Positions 58,720 to 64,000 of a stretch of 64,000 nt of DNA are shown here, piece after piece. Below the pieces are notes generated by a model, which saw nothing but the letters and a program-made list of their open reading frames with translations, was not told the DNA's origin and did not search any database. Position 1 is the first letter of the stretch; each line of letters opens with the position of its first letter. Source of the DNA: Dehalococcoidia bacterium (lineage in GTDB: Bacteria; Chloroflexota; Dehalococcoidia; Plut-88900); contig OZ240219.1 in assembly GCA_965197645.1 (NCBI GenBank), positions 384,001-448,000 of the forward strand, written 5' to 3'. The position numbers and the translations under genes were made by a program.

Positions 58720-61011
58720 CTATGCCTTCAGCAGTGCCCTCAGAAGGAGCCTCGCCCCCTCCTTGTCCAGCGGCTCGTTGTTGTTGCCGCACTTGGGGGA
58801 TTGGACACAGCTGGGGCAGCCGTCCTCGCAGGGGCACCCTTCCAGGGTATCCAGGGTCACCCTCCAAAGCTGCTCCATCAGCTCGTACCCCTTCTCGGCG
58901 ATGCCGATGCCTCCCGGATGCCCGTCGTAGATGAAGACCTGGGGTCGCCCCGTGTCGGGGTGCATCGGGGTGGACAGACCGCCGATGTCGTTGCGATCAC
59001 AAAGGGCAAACATCGGCAGTATCCCGATGGCCGTATGCTCGGCGGCGTGGAGAGACCCGGAAAAGTCCAGCCTCTCACTTCGCATATCGACCTTGATTCC
59101 CTCGGGAATATCGAACCACAGGGCCATCGTATCGAAGACCCTGGGTGGCAGGTCCAGCATCTCCTCGCTGATCATCTCCTCGGTCAGCTGGGCCTTTCGC
59201 CGGTATCCGGTTACCTGGTTGGACACCTCGACCCGACCGAAGTAGGCGGTCACACTCCCCGCCGATCGCTTCTCCTTCACCTTCGTTATGCGGATATCGG
59301 TCAGGTCCATCGCCTGGGTGTAGTAGTTCACCTTGGTGGGAACGGCCTGGGCCACCCGGGCCTCTATGTCCAGCTCGGTGATCAGGTACGGCTCGCCCTG
59401 GTGGAGGTAGACGGCGCCCGGGTGTATCTGAAAGAAGGCGGTGGACTCCTCGATGGTCTCCAGCACGGCGCCCGTGTCCTCCAGGACTATTACGTAGTTG
59501 TCCGATGAGGCGGAGCGTATGCTGACCTCTTCCGCCGGATATGTCACCTCGGTCGATAGATACCACTTGCCTCTGTTGGACTTGACCAGTCGCCGTTCCT
59601 CCAACCCTTGAAGTTGTTCGATGGAGCCCTCGCCAAAGAGCTGCTCGTCCCAGGAGGTCAACGGCCACTCGTAGGCGGCACACAGGAGGTGCGGCGCCAG
59701 GATGTAGGGGTTAGCCGGCGATATGAGGGTGTGCTCCTGGGGCTTCTCGAAGAAGTCCCTGGGATGCCTCATGTAGTACTGGTCGAGCGGGTTGTCCAAC
59801 CCGATGAGAAAGCTGAGAGACCTGTACTCCCGGCGTCCGCTCCGGCCGGCTTGCTGCCATGCGCTGGCTATGCTTCCGGGATAGCCGGTGAGGATGGTTG
59901 CATCCAGGTCTCCGATGTCTATGCCCAACTCCAGCGCGTTGGTGGCGCAGACCCCCAGAAGTTCGCCCTCGAACAGCCCCTTTTCGATTCGGCGGCGTTC
60001 CTCGGCCAGGTATCCGGCCCGGTAGGGCATTATTCGTTGCGTCAGATACGGCTCGGTGGACTGGAGCTGATTTCGAGCGTACATGTAGATCAGTTCCGCC
60101 ATCCTGCGGCTCCGGGCGAAGGTGAGGGTGCGAATATCCCGCCGCACCAGGTTGGTAAAGAGGGTCGCGGCCTCCGTGTTAGCGCTCTTCCGCGCGCTCC
60201 GCGCCTCGTCTACGAAGGGCGGATTCCAGAACACGAACTCCTTTTCTCCACTGGGAGAACCGTCCCTAGCCACCACCTGGAAAGGTTGGCCGGTCAGCGC
60301 CTCCGCGTGTTGCTCAGGATTGGCGATGGTGGCGGAGCTGAGCACGAACCGGGGCGACGAGCCGTGCAGCCTGCACAGCCTGACCAACCTTCGCACGATG
60401 TTTGCTACGTGGGACCCGAAAACTCCCCGGTAGACGTGGGCCTCATCAATGACCACGAACTCCAACCTTCTGAGGAACTTGGTCCACGATTTATGGTTGG
60501 GCAGTATCCCCATGTGGAGCATGTCTGGATTGGTGATCAGGACATGGGCCGACCGGCGAACCCATCCCCGCTCTTCATAGGGCGTGTCTCCGTCATAGGT
60601 CGCTGTGTTGATTCCAGCAAGAGCAGGCTCCGACCCGATCAGATTCTTCAACGCTCTCCACTGGTCCTGGGCCAGCGCCTTGGTGGGAAACAGGTAGATC
60701 GCCCGGGCGCCCGGTGTTGCCAGCAGCGCGTCCAGGACCGAGGCGTTGTAGACCAGGCTCTTGCCGCTGGCCGCCGGTGTCACCATCATCACATTGTTGC
60801 CGGCCTTCAAGGCGTCGACGGCCTGGGCCTGATGGGTATACAGGGGCAACAGTCCCGACCTTTCCAAGGCCCGGGTCAGCGCGGGATGGAATCTGGGCCG
60901 CGAATCGCCGTACTCAGGCGACTTGGGAGGAATCTTTTCCAGATGGACTATCTGGTTTTCGTACTCGGGATGAGCGCGTATGCCCTCGATTACTCCTGAT
61001 CCATCTATCAT
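58720..61011 (-). CDS. DEAH-box helicase with DUF1998 (YprA/MrfA/Hrq1-like)
   Basis: ASGKS, TNPDMLH, DEAHVYRGVFGSH, SAT, QQAGRSGR, CPCEDGCPSCVQSPKC. Confidence 0.95.
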   Translation of the reverse strand: MIDGSGVIEGIRAHPEYENQIVHLEKIPPKSPEYGDSRPRFHPALTRALERSGLLPLYTHQAQAVDALKAGNNVMMVTPAASGKSLVYNASVLDALLATPGARAIYLFPTKALAQDQWRALKNLIGSEPALAGINTATYDGDTPYEERGWVRRSAHVLITNPDMLHMGILPNHKSWTKFLRRLEFVVIDEAHVYRGVFGSHVANIVRRLVRLCRLHGSSPRFVLSSATIANPEQHAEALTGQPFQVVARDGSPSGEKEFVFWNPPFVDEARSARKSANTEAATLFTNLVRRDIRTLTFARSRRMAELIYMYARNQLQSTEPYLTQRIMPYRAGYLAEERRRIEKGLFEGELLGVCATNALELGIDIGDLDATILTGYPGSIASAWQQAGRSGRREYRSLSFLIGLDNPLDQYYMRHPRDFFEKPQEHTLISPANPYILAPHLLCAAYEWPLTSWDEQLFGEGSIEQLQGLEERRLVKSNRGKWYLSTEVTYPAEEVSIRSASSDNYVIVLEDTGAVLETIEESTAFFQIHPGAVYLHQGEPYLITELDIEARVAQAVPTKVNYYTQAMDLTDIRITKVKEKRSAGSVTAYFGRVEVSNQVTGYRRKAQLTEEMISEEMLDLPPRVFDTMALWFDIPEGIKVDMRSERLDFSGSLHAAEHTAIGILPMFALCDRNDIGGLSTPMHPDTGRPQVFIYDGHPGGIGIAEKGYELMEQLWRVTLDTLEGCPCEDGCPSCVQSPKCGNNNEPLDKEGARLLLRALLKA

Positions 61012-61313
61012 AGAGCGTCCATAATCTCGATCTCGTAGTCCACCAGCTCGGCGTCTCCCCTGCTGTATCCGATGAAGTTGACTACCTCAGACATCATCTC
61101 GTTGACGTGCGAGGCATCGTTGCCGACACAGGAGAAACCCACCGTGGCCAGCTGCCACAGCTCCTGGTCTTCCACCTCGGCTATCGAGATGTTGAACTTG
61201 TTCGACGCCCGAGAGGTGAGCGATTTGAGCACCCTTCGCTTACCCTTGAGAGACTCGTTCTCGGGGATCCTGAGCTGGACCCTACAGACGCCTACTTTCA
61301 TGTTTCCAGCCAT
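61008..61313 (-). CDS. DUF503 (YlxP) family protein
   Basis: SLKGKRRVLKSL..FNISIAEV..WQ. Confidence 0.92.
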   Translation of the reverse strand: MAGNMKVGVCRVQLRIPENESLKGKRRVLKSLTSRASNKFNISIAEVEDQELWQLATVGFSCVGNDASHVNEMMSEVVNFIGYSRGDAELVDYEIEIMDAL

Positions 61314-61352
61314 CCGGGGAGTGTGCTTGCCATTATAGAGCGATGGGACGCC

Positions 61353-62621
61353 CTATAGTACTATGAAGGTGACCCCCAGCACCGTCACAGTCACCCCAAG
61401 CATCGTCTTCCAGGTCAGCCGCTCTTTGAGGAATACCGGAGATAGTAGAGCGATCCACAGCAGCGATGTATTCCCCAAAGCGAAGGACACCGCCAACCCC
61501 GCCTTGTCTAGGGCTATCAGCAGCAGCAGGCTGCCCAGACCGAAGGAGAAGAACCCGTTGACTATCGTCACCAGGAACGTTTTACCGTCCGGCCTGATCA
61601 CGCTCTCAAGGGGTCCTCTTGCCGCGGGCTGGGACGCAGTCGACGGGCCGGCAAGGGTCAGCTCTATCCGGCGAGACATGGGCCAGCGCCCGACTCCCGT
61701 CGCCGTGGCCACCGCGGCGAGACCGCCCAGCATAGACTGAAAGTGGATACCTGCCGGGGTCTCCATGTAGAGATATGTTCCCCTGCCGTTCGGCTCCGCT
61801 CCGCCGTCGTAGACGGCCACGTTGGCGTCGTTTAGCTCGTCTTTCAGGCTCTCGATCTGTCGGTCGTCGACGGGTCCGCGCACCAGCACCCGGGTCCGCC
61901 CATCCTGCTTTGAGGGGACGGCTGCTTTGGGTGCTTGCGGACCGTCATCGGCCTGCTTTTCATCGGCTCCGGCCGGCAACCGAAGAAACTTTCCGACGCC
62001 CGCCGCATTCAGGACGCCCAGAAAGATGAAGATGCCGGTCATGCGGGCGGCATTGGCCGTGAATACGTCCACCTTTTCAATCGCTATCGTCTGAATGGTA
62101 AAGCCGCCCACCCAGAAACTGGTTACGAATACAAGGAATATCATCCCCTTGACACCCAGCCACGTCGCCTGGGTCAACTCGGTTTCCTTGCGTTGGGAGA
62201 AGCTCAGGGTGTAGATGCCGGTCAGGACTACCGCTATCCCGACGAGGGTCAGGGCGGACAGGTCTTCGTTCAGGATGAAAAGCCCTGAGATCACCGAGAG
62301 AATCGCTGTTATACCGCTGGAAAGGGGCGCCGCCTTGTTTACGTCCACATACCCGAGGAAGAACAGGTAGAGAGTGAAGCCTATACCGGCCGACGTCAGC
62401 CCCCCGATTATGCTGAGAATCAGGTAGGTGACGTCGACATCTGGCAGGTCCAGGAACTTACCCGATATCAACCACACGATAATGCTGAAGATCGCTCCTC
62501 CGAGCGTGGCCAACGACGCTTGGGTCAACGGCTTCAACCGCCTCGTCAGCGATTTGTCCACCAGCGACGAAAACGCGTGGGTAACCGATGAACCTAAGCC
62601 GGCCAGCTCGCCTGTCGGCAC
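61353..62621 (-). CDS. DMT/EamA family transporter with a large soluble insertion
   Basis: Two EamA-like halves (FILNEDLS.., FLKERLT..). Confidence 0.8.
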   Translation of the reverse strand: MPTGELAGLGSSVTHAFSSLVDKSLTRRLKPLTQASLATLGGAIFSIIVWLISGKFLDLPDVDVTYLILSIIGGLTSAGIGFTLYLFFLGYVDVNKAAPLSSGITAILSVISGLFILNEDLSALTLVGIAVVLTGIYTLSFSQRKETELTQATWLGVKGMIFLVFVTSFWVGGFTIQTIAIEKVDVFTANAARMTGIFIFLGVLNAAGVGKFLRLPAGADEKQADDGPQAPKAAVPSKQDGRTRVLVRGPVDDRQIESLKDELNDANVAVYDGGAEPNGRGTYLYMETPAGIHFQSMLGGLAAVATATGVGRWPMSRRIELTLAGPSTASQPAARGPLESVIRPDGKTFLVTIVNGFFSFGLGSLLLLIALDKAGLAVSFALGNTSLLWIALLSPVFLKERLTWKTMLGVTVTVLGVTFIVL

Positions 62622-62712
62622 CTTCTGCCCTCTGCTACTGAATTACATGTCATGCTGATGCTGCAATGGCCACAAAAAATACCACGCCCCACTCTTGAAG
62701 ACAACGATTCTA

Positions 62713-62758
62713 TTGACGGTTTACCCCAGCAATAATACAATTGTGCCAGATAGCACAA
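62713..62758 (+). promoter_or_regulatory. rex promoter with an overlapping Rex operator
   Basis: TTGACG-17 nt-TACAAT (62713-62741), then palindrome TTGTGC-CAGATA-GCACAA (62741-62758). Confidence 0.75.
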
Positions 62759-62854
62759 TTGGTTTCCTTTGCCCGCCGGCGGAATCGTGGCGAGGTGGGG
62801 GTCCAACTCTTCTCGTGGTGCTTCTAGACTCTTCTAGACGAGAGGTGCCTACCG

Positions 62855-63475
62855 ATGGCAGAGGCCATCCCCGAAGTAGTGATTCTGAGGTTGCCCCTCT
62901 ATGTCAGAGCACTGGCTCAGCTTAGCTCGTCGGGCATAGAGGTGGTCAGCTCCCACGCCTTGGGGGATAAGCTCTTGATCACCCCTGCTCAGATCAGAAA
63001 AGACCTGAGCTACTTCGGCCGGTTCGGTAAGCAGGGACGGGGCTACAGCGTCCCCTACCTTTTGTCCGAGCTGAGATCGATCATGGGACTGGACCAGGAA
63101 TGGAACGCCGCCCTGGTGGGGGTGGGCCGGTTGGGACGGGCCATCATCACCTATCCCGGCTTCCCAAGAGAGGGCTTTCACGTAGTTGAGGTCTTCGACA
63201 TAGCCGACGAGCTGGTGGGTACAACCGTCGAAGGACGGACCGTCCGAGGCATGGCGGACATGGACAACATAATCAAAGAGCGGGACATCCACATCGGCAT
63301 AGTAGCCGTCCCGGAGAACCATGCCCAGCGAGTGCTGGACCAGCTGGTGAGTAGTGGCGTGCAGGGGATCCTGAACTATGCTCCCATCTCGCCCCAGGTG
63401 CCCGAAGGGGTATGGGTAAGAAACGTGGACCCTGTACTGGCCCTCCAGACCCTCACCTTCCACCTCAAGGTCTAA
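62855..63475 (+). CDS. rex: redox-sensing transcriptional repressor Rex
   Basis: RLPLYVR, QIRKDLSYFGRFGKQGRGY, GVGRLG, ILNYAP. Confidence 0.97.
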   Translation: MAEAIPEVVILRLPLYVRALAQLSSSGIEVVSSHALGDKLLITPAQIRKDLSYFGRFGKQGRGYSVPYLLSELRSIMGLDQEWNAALVGVGRLGRAIITYPGFPREGFHVVEVFDIADELVGTTVEGRTVRGMADMDNIIKERDIHIGIVAVPENHAQRVLDQLVSSGVQGILNYAPISPQVPEGVWVRNVDPVLALQTLTFHLKV

Positions 63476-63502
63476 CCTGCCTATCCCGGCTCAATAGAGC
63501 GC

Positions 63503-63551
63503 AAAAGCAACGCCGCTCCCGGTCAACCAGACCTGAGTGAGCGGCGTTTTT
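63503..63551. terminator. bidirectional terminator between rex and atpC
   Basis: AACGCCGCTC..GAGCGGCGTT with T and A tracts. Confidence 0.7.
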
Positions 63552-63571
63552 CTACCTGTATGTACGTAAGA

Positions 63572-64000
63572 TCAGGGCTCGGTCCGAGGCTGGCCTGGAC
63601 CACCTCTGCGTCCTCGCCTGCCCGCCACCTTTATGCGCATCCTGGACCGCCGCAACGAGGCCAGCGCCACGGCCAAGTCCTTATCAGTCGAGGCCGTCTT
63701 GACCCTCTCTTCGGCCCGCTTCATTGCCGTTTCGGCCCGCTCCATGTCGATATCGTCGGCCCGTTCCGCGGCGTCGGCCAGAATGGTTAGCTTGTTCTGA
63801 AACACCTCGAGAAAACCGCCGCTAATGGCCATGGCGGTCTCGTCGTTGTCTTTCTTGATCCGTAGCTCGCCGGGCTGGAGAGCGGTGAGCAACGGGGCAT
63901 GCCGGGGCAATATGCCCAGCTCACCCATGATGCCGGGCGCCACGACCATGTCCACTTCGTCGGAGTAGACTATCCGTTCCGCCGTGACTATCTCCAGTTG
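63572..64000 (-). CDS. atpC: F0F1 ATP synthase epsilon subunit (5' end outside the window)
   Basis: LEIVTAER, GELGILPRHAPL, GGFLEV, LADAAE. Confidence 0.96.
   Translation of the reverse strand, partial: QLEIVTAERIVYSDEVDMVVAPGIMGELGILPRHAPLLTALQPGELRIKKDNDETAMAISGGFLEVFQNKLTILADAAERADDIDMERAETAMKRAEERVKTASTDKDLAVALASLRRSRMRIKVAGRRGRRGGPGQPRTEP

Noticed and set aside
58720-61011. DUF1998 helicase as a DISARM/Druantia-type defence system
   Set aside because: No methylase, phospholipase D or partner genes; it fits the housekeeping YprA/MrfA repair helicase
1-64000. Many long antisense or alternative-frame ORFs (e.g. 54..980, 8092..9396, 41528..42787, 59608..60999)
   Set aside because: Shadows of high-GC genes that have clear family motifs on the other strand or frame
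1-64000. Genome-wide TAG or TGA reassignment
   Set aside because: Both codons end many full-length genes at the expected positions; only two TGAs fall at catalytic Cys/Sec sites

Overview
GC-rich bacterial chromosomal segment. The gene content (three luciferase-like LLM oxidoreductases, several SDRs, tandem amidohydrolases, CocE, paired CaiB, thiolase/DUF35) suggests Chloroflexota, class Dehalococcoidia, SAR202-like; this assignment is an inference. About 55 CDS are present: catabolic paralogs at 1-30 kb and 48-56 kb, and housekeeping genes (moaA, hydA, folB, citrate synthase, korAB, lipB, mgtE, rex, atpC) at 30-64 kb. No rRNA, tRNA, CRISPR array, transposase or integrase was recognised. Main points: (1) two selenoproteins that the ORF track splits at in-frame UGA, a peroxiredoxin and an atypical GrdB with STUGTCTRC changed to ATUGTGTRS, paired with a GrdE-like subunit lacking the pyruvoyl-forming Cys, in an operon with an LLM oxidoreductase, SDR and alpha/beta hydrolase; (2) directly upstream, an array at 22.3-25.8 kb in which unrelated cargo ORFs lie between decayed copies of that operon's own gene junctions; (3) a terminator/antiterminator switch in the mgtE leader that does not look like an M-box; (4) a DUF5678-like plus frameshifted aspartyl-protease islet, a Mut7-C gene interrupted by an amber codon, and palindromic repeats that occur only between convergent genes.
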